Shown here in pieces: positions 21,981 through 32,217 of a stretch of 32,217 bases of DNA. The stretch's first letter is position 1. The number at the start of each line of letters is the position of its first letter. The notes under the pieces were generated by a model, which made no database searches, was not told the origin of the DNA, and was given only the letters and a program-made list of their open reading frames with translations. The position numbers were made by a program, and so were the translations under genes. Origin of the DNA: Octopus bimaculoides. Its lineage: Eukaryota. The stretch covers positions 12,510,885 through 12,543,101 of the forward strand of contig NC_069005.1 of the NCBI RefSeq assembly GCF_001194135.2, given 5' to 3'.

Positions 21981-22102
21981 TCAAATCGATAGTGTCTTAC
22001 GTAGGATGTTAGCTGTTCCTTCAAGACTAATTTTTGGATAGTTAGTAGTGTTGAAGATCCAGGTATTAGTTCTACGTTTTTGATCATACGCTTTTATCAC
22101 AG
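21981..22102 (-). mobile_element. R4/Dong-like ORF C-terminus, diverged copy
   Basis: VIKAYDQ / NVELIPGSSTLLTIQKLVL / GTANILRKTLSI* (frameshifted) aligns to IIKKYSDKYITKTPGLTNIYNIQKIALLGTAHILRKTLSIQ* at 16660-16790. Confidence 0.8.
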
Positions 22103-22299
22103 TATTATTGTTGTTGTTCTTGTTAATGTTGCTGTTGTTATTGTCACTGGTGGTGGTGGTGGTGGTGGTAGTGCTGCTGCTGCTGCTTCTGCTGCTACTT
22201 TACTTCTCATAGCGCTCGGTCTTGTTTGCTGTGGTTGATTCTGTGAGAGTGGTCATCATCCTTTTGTCAGAGGTCTCACAGGGTCTCTTCCAGCACATC

Positions 22300-22344
<45 letters not shown>

Positions 22345-22345
22345 G

Positions 22346-22401
<56 letters not shown>

Positions 22402-22439
22402 CGTTCAGTAGTTTTATTTTTATAACGTGCTTTCACTTC
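22300..22439 (-). mobile_element. R4/Dong-like 3' end with long (TAA)n tail; the body is in the N-gap 22440-23198
   Basis: 22404-22439 is identical over 36 of 36 nt to 16561-16596 (ttcagtagttttatttttataacgtgctttcacttc) and is preceded on the + strand by about 100 nt of (TTA)n. Confidence 0.85.
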
Positions 22440-23198
22440 NNNNNNNNNNNNNNNNNNNNNNNNNNNNNNNNNNNNNNNNNNNNNNNNNNNNNNNNNNNNN
22501 NNNNNNNNNNNNNNNNNNNNNNNNNNNNNNNNNNNNNNNNNNNNNNNNNNNNNNNNNNNNNNNNNNNNNNNNNNNNNNNNNNNNNNNNNNNNNNNNNNNN
22601 NNNNNNNNNNNNNNNNNNNNNNNNNNNNNNNNNNNNNNNNNNNNNNNNNNNNNNNNNNNNNNNNNNNNNNNNNNNNNNNNNNNNNNNNNNNNNNNNNNNN
22701 NNNNNNNNNNNNNNNNNNNNNNNNNNNNNNNNNNNNNNNNNNNNNNNNNNNNNNNNNNNNNNNNNNNNNNNNNNNNNNNNNNNNNNNNNNNNNNNNNNNN
22801 NNNNNNNNNNNNNNNNNNNNNNNNNNNNNNNNNNNNNNNNNNNNNNNNNNNNNNNNNNNNNNNNNNNNNNNNNNNNNNNNNNNNNNNNNNNNNNNNNNNN
22901 NNNNNNNNNNNNNNNNNNNNNNNNNNNNNNNNNNNNNNNNNNNNNNNNNNNNNNNNNNNNNNNNNNNNNNNNNNNNNNNNNNNNNNNNNNNNNNNNNNNN
23001 NNNNNNNNNNNNNNNNNNNNNNNNNNNNNNNNNNNNNNNNNNNNNNNNNNNNNNNNNNNNNNNNNNNNNNNNNNNNNNNNNNNNNNNNNNNNNNNNNNNN
23101 NNNNNNNNNNNNNNNNNNNNNNNNNNNNNNNNNNNNNNNNNNNNNNNNNNNNNNNNNNNNNNNNNNNNNNNNNNNNNNNNNNNNNNNNNNNNNNNNNN

Positions 23199-23291
23199 TA
23201 TATGGGGGTGGTTTGTGTGTGTGTGAATATATTTTTATAATGTTTGTACCTGTACGTGCGTGTATATATATATGTATGTGTGTGTGTGTTT

Positions 23292-23323
<32 letters not shown>

Positions 23324-23530
23324 ATCTGTGTGTGTGTCTGTGTGTGTGTGTGGCGGTGTAGAATAGGAAGGATTTGTTTCTGTGTATTAAGCTACTGTAT
23401 GAGCGTGAATATGTAAGTCTGTGTGTCTGTGCGTGTGTTAATGTATTTATGTATGTATATATGAGTGCGTGTGTGTGTGTGCGTGTGTGTGAGTGAGCAT
23501 ATACACACAAACACACACACACACACACAA
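23199..23530. repeat. (TG)n-rich degenerate microsatellite
   Basis: Directly visible. Confidence 0.9.
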
Positions 23531-24199
23531 ACACTCACAAAACCTAGTATATGAATAATTTATTGAATTGAATTTCATGATGTCAGAAGCAAAATATATT
23601 CGATCGATTTTTGCATTCATGTTGCGTTTCTTTTCTTGGTAGGTTTGTGTGAATATGTATATGAATGTAAGTATACACATGTGTGATGTGTGTCTGTGTG
23701 TGTACGTGTGCACATGTGTGCGTAATTGTGTATGTACGTGTTTGCGTATTCGTATGTGAATGCATTTTTGGATTATAGTTTTGGATCATGGTAATGATGC
23801 TGATGACGATGATTGTGGTGGTTGTGACGTCTGTAGGAATATGTACATTAAATGAAGGATATGGATGACTATTAAGGCGTTATTTCGGTGCGTAAATCAC
23901 GGAGGAAGATTGCACGGTATGAAAGCAATATCATTTGAAACGTCATTAGGGCGTATAATTCATCTTAAGATTTCCTGATCTTAACAGCACGTCGTTCGCT
24001 CACACAAAGTATACACATATAAACACATACACAAATATTAAGGTTTTGCTGTGTTAACATGACCAATCAACTGTTTTGATAATTTATTCCGTATATTAAC
24101 ACAAAATTGTTTCATATATTACATTAATTGTGCGAAAAATCAGCAAGCCATGAAACTAAAAGCCTAAATTTATGTAAATTTCAGCTTGAAATAAAAATG

Positions 24200-24415
24200 A
24201 TGGTTTCAATTTTTGTCTTCAGGCCAGCAAGTTCGGGAAAGAGCCTAAGTCGATTACATCGACGCCAGTGTGCAACTGATACTTAATTTATCGACCCCGA
24301 AACGAGGAAAAGCTGAAGTCGATCCGGGCGGAATTTAATCCAAGAAGATAAAAACGGACAAAATGCAGCTAAGCATTTTAACCGGTGAATTAACGATGCT
24401 GTTAAGTTGACCGCC
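24200..24415 (-). mobile_element. SINE family B, near full length
   Basis: tggtttcaatttttg...ggccagcaagttcggg...aagtcgattacatcgacgccagt...ttatcgaccccgaaa...gtcgatccgggcggaattt...gctaagcatttt. Confidence 0.8.
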
Positions 24416-24984
24416 CTAGATTGTAATAAAATAATAAAAATTTTAAAACAAATGTATATCGTTATATTTTGTGTCTTACAGCCTGAGGATCCACGTGATT
24501 GCGGATCTAGTCTCACCCAGGCCGTTGCACGGAACAATAAGGCGGAAAGTTCAAATACTAAGACTGAGAAAACGAATTTTCGGCACGGAGTTCGTGCACG
24601 CCAGGCGCAGCCTTACGGGTCTACATGTACCCTAGCCGCAGAACTGTTGTGCAGCCGATGACGTTTACATTTTACTCAGCACATGTGACTTCGTTTCATG
24701 ATGTAAGAAAGTATGTTCCCTAAATGGCTGCCGTAGAGTATGTTCCAAGTGTTTCACCTAGTTTTATTTCGATACAGCATCTTGTATAAGAGCGATCAGA
24801 GTTGGGAAGTTCACAAGATTATGAAAGTAGAGGCTGTGTTTCACCACCCCACTAAAGGCTTTCAACGACCCCACCCTGTGAGGTGATTTTATTCACTGCC
24901 CTCTTCATATCTCGTACCTCCCCCTTAGAGGTGGTACGGACCCCGTTGGGAAACAATGAATTAGAGGAAAACGAAAGGTAATGT

Positions 24985-25082
24985 CTTCTGAAGGACACAA
25001 TACACTGCCCGGAACAGGAAACAAAATTTCGATCTTACTATGGTGAGCCTGAGAACAGAATCACTATGCCACACAACCCTTG
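24985..25082 (-). mobile_element. tRNA-derived SINE head (family D), degraded
   Basis: The reverse complement reads ggttgtgtggcatagtgattctgttctcaggctcaccatagtaagatcgaaattttgtttcctgttccgggcagtgtattgtgtccttcagaagac. This is a degenerate A-box/B-box head followed by a gtgtccttgagcaagac-like core. Confidence 0.45.
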
Positions 25083-25085
25083 TGC

Positions 25086-25120
25086 ACACGTGGAGGTGCA
25101 GAAAAGTTCCTAGCTTTAAG
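25086..25120 (+). mobile_element. Solo mariner-type terminal inverted repeat
   Basis: cacgtggaggtgcagaaaagttcctagcttt resembles the TACGAGGG..GCTGAAAAGTTCC mariner TIR type, also seen at about 2835-2860. No partner TIR or transposase was found. Confidence 0.4.
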
Positions 25121-26224
25121 GGTGTCGTGAAAGGCCCGCTGCAGCACGATGTTGTATTATTATTACTGGGATATGTCGATTTAGGGAGAGCTATTTCTTA
25201 AGTCTAGTGATAGATAGGGATGTGATTTTCTGAAAAGCTACTGGCTGTAAGTGGTCGGTTATAATAGGTGGCATGGTTATTAAATATTTCCTCTGTTGCT
25301 GATTGATCTGAGATTCTACTAGATTCTAATAGAATCTGAGATTCTAATACCTTTAATTACGCTATTTAAAAATAGATTTACGGTGATTGAAGTTTATATT
25401 AATATATCTTTTGGTTTTCATTAGGTTTATGGTTGGGGGAATATAAAGATTTCAAATCTAATGCAACATCTAGAAAATTAACTATTTTCTTAGTATTTTC
25501 AAATCTAATACATAGGTTAAAATTAGCAAAGGACTTATGCAGGGCTTATATATATAATTCTTTAGTTACACTTCTTTCATTACAACATGGGAAATATATT
25601 TTATGATATTAATATTGACAGTAATATAGATATAACAATTTCATATAATTATGAATAATATAATAATTACTTTTAAGACGAATAGCTCTTGGGAAAAAAG
25701 TAAAAGTATGCATATACTTTATTATATTATGAGTCAATATATTCATATTATCAAGAATTTTAATATGTGTTCATAAAATGTGTTCCCCATATGGTAAGGA
25801 AGCAATTGCCACTAGAGTGTTCCAGTCTTTGCTTCAACAACACTAATTCCAATCTTTGTTTCAACACACACACACACACACTTTTGTTTTGTAATTTATA
25901 TTTTTGATTTTTATTTCCATCAATTTAATTTGGCATTCATCATCACAAATGTCTATATGAATCTATGTATTGCACTTTGTCAAAAGAATAATAAATATAG
26001 AATATAAGTAAAAGAAAAAAAACAATGGGAAATTATCGATAATCCAATCCAGCCTCTCATCTGATCAAGTTCAAGTACACTGCTATTGCTGAGTCATATT
26101 TATACATTTATATAAGAGCATGTATATGTGAAACACCAAGCTTTTAACAGCTCATGCCAATGAACGGAAACAATTGTTGTGATTTGGATAAAAGCTTATT
26201 CATTCCATTTTCTTGTATCATAAA

Positions 26225-26258
<34 letters not shown>

Positions 26259-26379
26259 GCGTGTGTGTATGCGTGTGCGCGAGCGCGTTTGTGCGCGCGT
26301 ATTGTTTAATATGGGGATGGTCTAGCTATGGTATCACTCACAGATCTCATACTCGTACACCTCTTGAGCGGACATAATA

Positions 26380-26750
26380 GGAGTTTTAAGACATTTGTCG
26401 GTTAAAACCTATTTCAGCTCTTTCAGTGACGAGGGCAAGTTTATGGAGCACACAGTGAACGGATTAAGCTGACACAGGATCGGAAAGATCGTGAACTAGT
26501 TCTGCAGTCACTTTTGCTGCAGTAATTCAATGGCTTTTGGATGCAATACGTTTCAGTATTGTACGGTCCTTCTTTTTGTGCATTACTATCCGCCCAAAGT
26601 TTTTTGATGGCCAGAGCTAGTTTTACTTCATAACTGCAACGTGATTTTGGAGATTGTATGTCTAAAATATGAAATTCACCAGTTTCAGTGACTCAAACTT
26701 CAGTCAAGTCCGCTCAAAAATGTTGCTACTGTTTGAAATCAGGTTGGTTA
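26380..26750 (-). mobile_element. Tc1-type transposase pseudogene, N-terminal half
   Basis: Manual translation gives PDFKQ*QHF*ADLTEV*VTETGEF...KTSSGHQK / GRIVMHKKKDRTILKRIASKSH*ITAAKVTAELVHDLSDPVSA*SVHCVLHK. This matches Tc1 SDFKRGQIVGARLAGASVTKTA...GRK.KL..RDRR.LKRIV.K.H.TTAAKVTAELN.HL.DPVSTKTVRRELHK. Confidence 0.85.
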
Positions 26751-27134
26751 GGTATTTTAGTTTATTTCAGTATATCAGCGACAACTAATGAAAATAATAC
26801 AGAAGGCTTCATCGTTTCCTACAAAACATGCTTAATACGCATAAACAGTTATATACAGATTAGAACAGAATTTTGAATTTAAAAAATCGCCAATAGAACA
26901 AGAATAGTTAAATATAAAAGCACTTTTTCCATAATTTTATCCACACTCGATCTACACACTCATGCGCACGCAGGAACAAACAAACAAACAAACACACACA
27001 CACACATACATATAAATATATAAGTCAATGTTAACATTTTTTGAGTAAGTGTTAATGAATGTACTCTACTAAAAATCATTGAGTAGTCCTGCAGTTTAAT
27101 ATCACATTGGTTCAATAGATAAGTTGATATTAAA

Positions 27135-27310
<176 letters not shown>

Positions 27311-27540
27311 ATATACGTGTACGCCCACATTCATAAATACATACAGGTGTGTGTGTGCGCGAGAGTGCGTATGATTGTAAAGAGATAGACAGATAAGCAA
27401 TCACGAGGGAGCTGTTAATGTAATAAAACCTATTCATCACATTAATGTTAGGAAAGAAGAGATGAAAATAAAAGATAAACTTAAAACCACCACATTTATT
27501 TATTTAAATGTTTCGGATCCATCCTATATTATTATTTATT

Positions 27541-27742
27541 GATTTCAAATTTTTGGCAGAAAACCAGCAATTTCGGGGGAGTGGGTAAGTTGATTACATC
27601 GACTCGAGTACTAATCTGGTACTTATTTTCTGGACAACGGAAGGTAATGTCGAGCTTGGCGGAATTTGAACGTTGAACGCTCAGTTGGACGAAATGTCGC
27701 TAAGAATTTCGGCCGACGTGCTAACGATTCTGCCAGCTCGCT
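27541..27742 (-). mobile_element. SINE family B, near full length
   Basis: The reverse complement begins gcgagctggcagaatcgttagc (A-box-like), contains gttcaaattcc and ends gccaaaaatttgaaatc. Confidence 0.8.
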
Positions 27743-28025
27743 AACTTATATATTATGATATATTGATAGTAATACGTTAGTTATTAATATCTAGCCTTCT
27801 TTAATTCTATGAAATTGTCGTGCTAATACTAGATACTCTAAAGAAATGTTTTAATTAGATTATGTAGTTCCAAAAATTCCTCTACTTGAATATAAGAATG
27901 ATCCATTTCATTTGAGTTGTTTACTGCTAGATCGGAGCTGACATGGGGCTGAACAATAATAATTTATTTGTTATAGTTTTCTTTTAATATAGATACCGAT
28001 GAGTTAATATATTACCGGAAGATAG

Positions 28026-28226
28026 GGCAGCGATCTAGCAGAACCGTTATAAATGCATAGCGCCATTTCGTCCATCTGTAAGTTCCGAGTTCAAGTTTCG
28101 TCGAGGTCGATTTAGTCTTCTATCCTTTCGTGATCGATAAAACAAGTGCGAGTTGATCAGTGCGATCGGTATAATCGATTTACTCCCAACCCTGGAATGC
28201 TGGCATTGTGCCGAAATTTGAAACCA
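28026..28226 (+). mobile_element. SINE family B, near full length, diverged
   Basis: gcgatctagcagaaccgtta...catttcgtcc...gagttcaag...gaggtcga...gataaaacaagt...gctggcattgtgccgaaatttgaaacc. Confidence 0.75.
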
Positions 28227-28562
28227 ATATACTAGCACAAGGTCAGCCTTCTTCACTGATCCAAAATGCATTATAAACGTTCGAGAAAACCAATACAAGT
28301 CATCTACATACTTCACGTTTTTGCTCTTCAAAATAATCTTGAATAGCAGTAGCCGTGTAAGTCAGTTTATTGCATTATTGTCCTGGAAGCCTGCGCTGTC
28401 ACAAAAAAAAACAATGGGAAGAGTATATATTAAAACAGTTATTTCTACTATAGCCACAACGCTAAACATTGTATTAGGAATGTGTTGGCGACTATTTCAA
28501 ACACACTGCTTTCTCCAAAGACCAGTAATTTATTTACCTCGAAACTCTGGTTGGCAAGAAAG

Positions 28563-28600
28563 AATGTAACATTGTAACATTGTAACAATGTAACATTGTA
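28563..28600. repeat. 8-bp minisatellite (TGTAACAT)x4.5
   Basis: aatgtaacattgtaacattgtaacaatgtaacattgta. Confidence 0.9.
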
Positions 28601-29147
28601 ATCAGATTCCTTCCACAACAGGAAGTTTAAATAACGTTCAGAATTCGGTCCTGCACGGAGAACGTTGAAATCAAGTATGTTTATTTAGGTGTGTCACCTG
28701 TAGATCTTGGCATTGTTTTTATATGTTCACAAACGAATATAGGTAGGGTAAAAGATTAGTGGTTAGTAGCTGTGTCTCTAGGGTCTATATTTGTTTGGGC
28801 ACTAATGGAATATTTCACTTTTTGTTTGGGGGATGTGAATGTCATAGTTCAGCTCAGCATTTAAACTTTTGTAAGTAGGTGTATGTATTTAGGTGTACCA
28901 ATGTTTAGGTCATGGAGCTTTTAAGGGTTTACGAAGAATGCTTTGGGAAGGTAGAAATTATCATTCAAGCATAATGCTTGTTGATTAGGTGTGTCAAATT
29001 TAGGTAATGTTGTAAGTACAGGAATTTGCCATGTCTTTTAATGTTCACAAAAGCATGATGATAGATATAAAGTTCAGTTGATTTGCATATTTCTCACTAT
29101 GTGTTAAGTGTTCTTGATGTTATTTGTCTAGGCATTCCGGAAGACGA

Positions 29148-29497
<350 letters not shown>

Positions 29498-29615
29498 TTG
29501 ATTATCGACTGAGACAGATATACAGATAAACTTACACAAACATCCACATTCATAGACATGTACACATGTATGTACCCAGATATGATAACACAAGGAGAAT
29601 GACATTAGAAAGTAA

Positions 29616-29689
<74 letters not shown>
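29616..29689. repeat. (TAA)n microsatellite
   Basis: Directly visible. Confidence 0.96.
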
Positions 29690-30331
29690 GCAACAAGGCA
29701 AAACCGTATTTAATGTCAATATGAAAAACGTTGAAAGGTAAATAGTAAATGCAAGAACGTGATAAAAACGCAAGAACGTGATAAAAGGAGCAGCAATTCC
29801 TAACGTAATATCAGCTGGCACCAGATCAAACAGATGAAACGATCATAAATCACAAACAAACTGTCAATTCGATCTGCGTCACTCCGGTAGGCTTAGTAAG
29901 TTTGTTAAAACGTCTATGCTTCATCACATCGCTGTTAAACGACTACGAGGATGACGAAGCCTTAAAGTACATACCTAAGTTGTTGCCTCGTGTTGTTATA
30001 TAGAGGAATGTTTAACAATAAAACTTCTACGTATAATAGGCTGACATTTAAAGCGTAATGTTTTTTTGTTATTTATTTAATATTTTCACTTAGAAACACA
30101 GAAATATGTATATAAACGTTAACATGTGTCTGGAATAGTTTGGAATAATGTCAACAGATTTCTTTTAATACAAGTAATATATCCTTATCGGTTTTCAAAA
30201 GGGTTACATGAACAAATATATAAATGGGTGGGGAAAATATAAAGGAATACATAGATAGATACACACATACATCATATGAGTGTGTGTATGTAAGGAAGTA
30301 TGTGTGCGTGGGGGTGCTTGTTTCGAAGTAA

Positions 30332-30369
<38 letters not shown>

Positions 30370-30370
<1 letters not shown>

Positions 30371-30540
30371 TATACACATCCTTTATTTTCTTTTCCTGTT
30401 TCTTTCTGTGTTCCTTTCTGTGGAAGAGCGTAGGCTCGAAATATTAAAGACTTTTTCACTTCCCGAGCGTTAAGCTAATACATCTGTTTGTTGTCTACAC
30501 CGCCTGCCCTCGACTTTTTTTGTGAGTTCTCCCTATATAT
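30370..30540 (+). mobile_element. Second probable Penelope-like pLTR fragment with a degenerate hammerhead motif
   Basis: CTGTGGA-A-GAGC/GTAG/GCTC-GAAA-TAT at 30418-30444, followed by cttcccgagcgttaagctaatac, as in the 3121-3417 unit. Confidence 0.45.
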
Positions 30541-30745
30541 ANNNNNNNNNNNNNNNNNNNNNNNNNNNNNNNNNNNNNNNNNNNNNNNNNNNNNNNNNNN
30601 NNNNNNNNNNNNNNNNNNNNNNNNNNNNNNNNNNNNNNNNNNNNNNNNNNNNNNNNNNNNNNNNNNNNNNNNNNNNNNNNNNNNNNNNNNNNNNNNNNNN
30701 NNNNNNNNNNNNNNNNNNNNNNNNNNNNNNNNNNNNNNNNNNNNN

Positions 30746-30786
<41 letters not shown>

Positions 30787-32185
30787 CATATATATATATA
30801 AATACAATAACACACACATATATATAGATATGCACACACGCATATGTTCATATGCATATGTGTATAGACAGATATAAACTGACACACGCGTGCACGAAAG
30901 GTAATGTGTTGTGTATATATGCGTGTTTGTGTATACATATGCACACTCAGACGCACAAACATGTAAAATCGTCCATTAGATTACAACTGTTAACTTCGCG
31001 AAGACATGTTTTACCCTGTTGTTAGGTTTAATAATCCCCCTACTTGTGATACACCTTTGAACCTTAAAACACAAAAGATAATAAATGATTGCTTCTCTTT
31101 GTCTCATTTGTTTCATTTGTTCGACATGTGTTTCTCTTGGCTACTATGTTTCCTCGTTATATCTGTCTGTGAATTATTTCTTTCCTCATGTTTAAACATC
31201 ACTGGGTATATATACTTTGAAGAGTTCGTGTGTATATTCCCGATTTAACTATTAACTTGGTGCGCGTATTTAATTGCATGTTTACGAGCTGCTTAATATA
31301 AGGAATCGTTTACGTATACACATGCGTTGTGTTTTGCTTTCATCATGTACCACAAGCGTGAGTATAAGTGTATACACATGTGTATGTGAACGTGTATACA
31401 CGCATACATACATTTACATAAACATATGTCCACAGACACACATACACTCACATTACATTGTCTGGTTCAAGATGTCTACTGAGTTTGTACAATGACTGCT
31501 TTTGAATATATTTATTCAATGCATGAGGTCACTCTAACTTTATCATTCACAAAACTCATTTTCAATAAATAAATATATATGTAAAAGAAATATGTCTCCA
31601 ATTGATATTTCCTTATTTCTCTCAGTCAGAATATCCTTAAGGTTTATATGTAGATAGTTAGGAATATATTAAAGGATTTACGTCAATGTAACTATTTCTA
31701 GTGAAGTACAAAAATATAGCATTAAAAAAAATACAATTGAAAACGAAACACTGTTTCAATTAGACGTCATGACCACACGTATTTATATTTTTTATGCGTT
31801 TTAACTAAATATATTTGCATCTTGATGATTGATGAGATTAGGCGTACAGTATGCTTTAATATTTTCTTGTGATATTTCAAGCTCAGCATGTTTTCTACGA
31901 TGCTAAATCTATAAAACTGTATTAATCGTTTGGTTGTTTAAAATTTGGTTATATTGTTATTTTATGATATAACCGAGTTTATTTCTCAAACGGATTTGTG
32001 ATGTCTACTGTGCTTATCTTCGTGTAAAGGTTTAAATGCATACTTACGTTAACGAAGTCTCTGCTTGAATAGTCTCGCACCTATAGCGATACAATCAATA
32101 CTGTTTAAGGAGAAATGACAGACATTGTGTGCGCGCACTGAAACACACACACACACACACTCAACTCTGACAGGCATATATTTAC

Positions 32186-32217
<32 letters not shown>

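Noticed and set aside
24483-24510. CTGAGGA followed by a TCC...GGA stem (hammerhead-like start)
   Set aside because: There is no GAAA box after the stem, so the catalytic core is incomplete. The same applies to CTGAAGA at about 2205, 17792 and 21884.
24915-24960. Small hairpin plus gttgggaaacaatg, resembling a hAT/Charlie terminus
   Set aside because: No matching opposite terminus or 8-bp TSD could be found; it is too weak to call.
29751-29786. 19-bp tandem duplication gcaagaacgtgataaaaac
   Set aside because: It is an ordinary local slippage duplication with only two units.

Overview
AT-rich animal genomic DNA from a gapped draft assembly (11 N-runs, about 2.9 kb). It is dominated by microsatellites and decayed transposable elements. 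The repeat families look to me like those of an octopus genome, most likely an Octopus species; this is inference from pattern recognition, not a database result. No host gene can be called with confidence, and nearly all supplied ORFs are translations of microsatellites or N-gaps. Recognisable content: (i) five Tc1/mariner transposase relics (three mariner-type, one DUF4817-type, one Tc1-type); (ii) at least four pieces of R4/Dong-like non-LTR retrotransposons, most abutting (TAA)n tracts; (iii) about 14 SINE copies or fragments, including a full-length tRNA-derived SINE with an 11-bp target-site duplication; (iv) a minimal type-I hammerhead ribozyme motif of the kind found in Penelope-like elements, plus a degenerate second copy; (v) a 535-bp fold-back palindrome and two elements bounded by about 63-bp inverted termini. 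One 60-nt minus-strand candidate exon encoding a transmembrane-like peptide suggests the window may be intronic. There is no CRISPR array or prokaryotic-type system.
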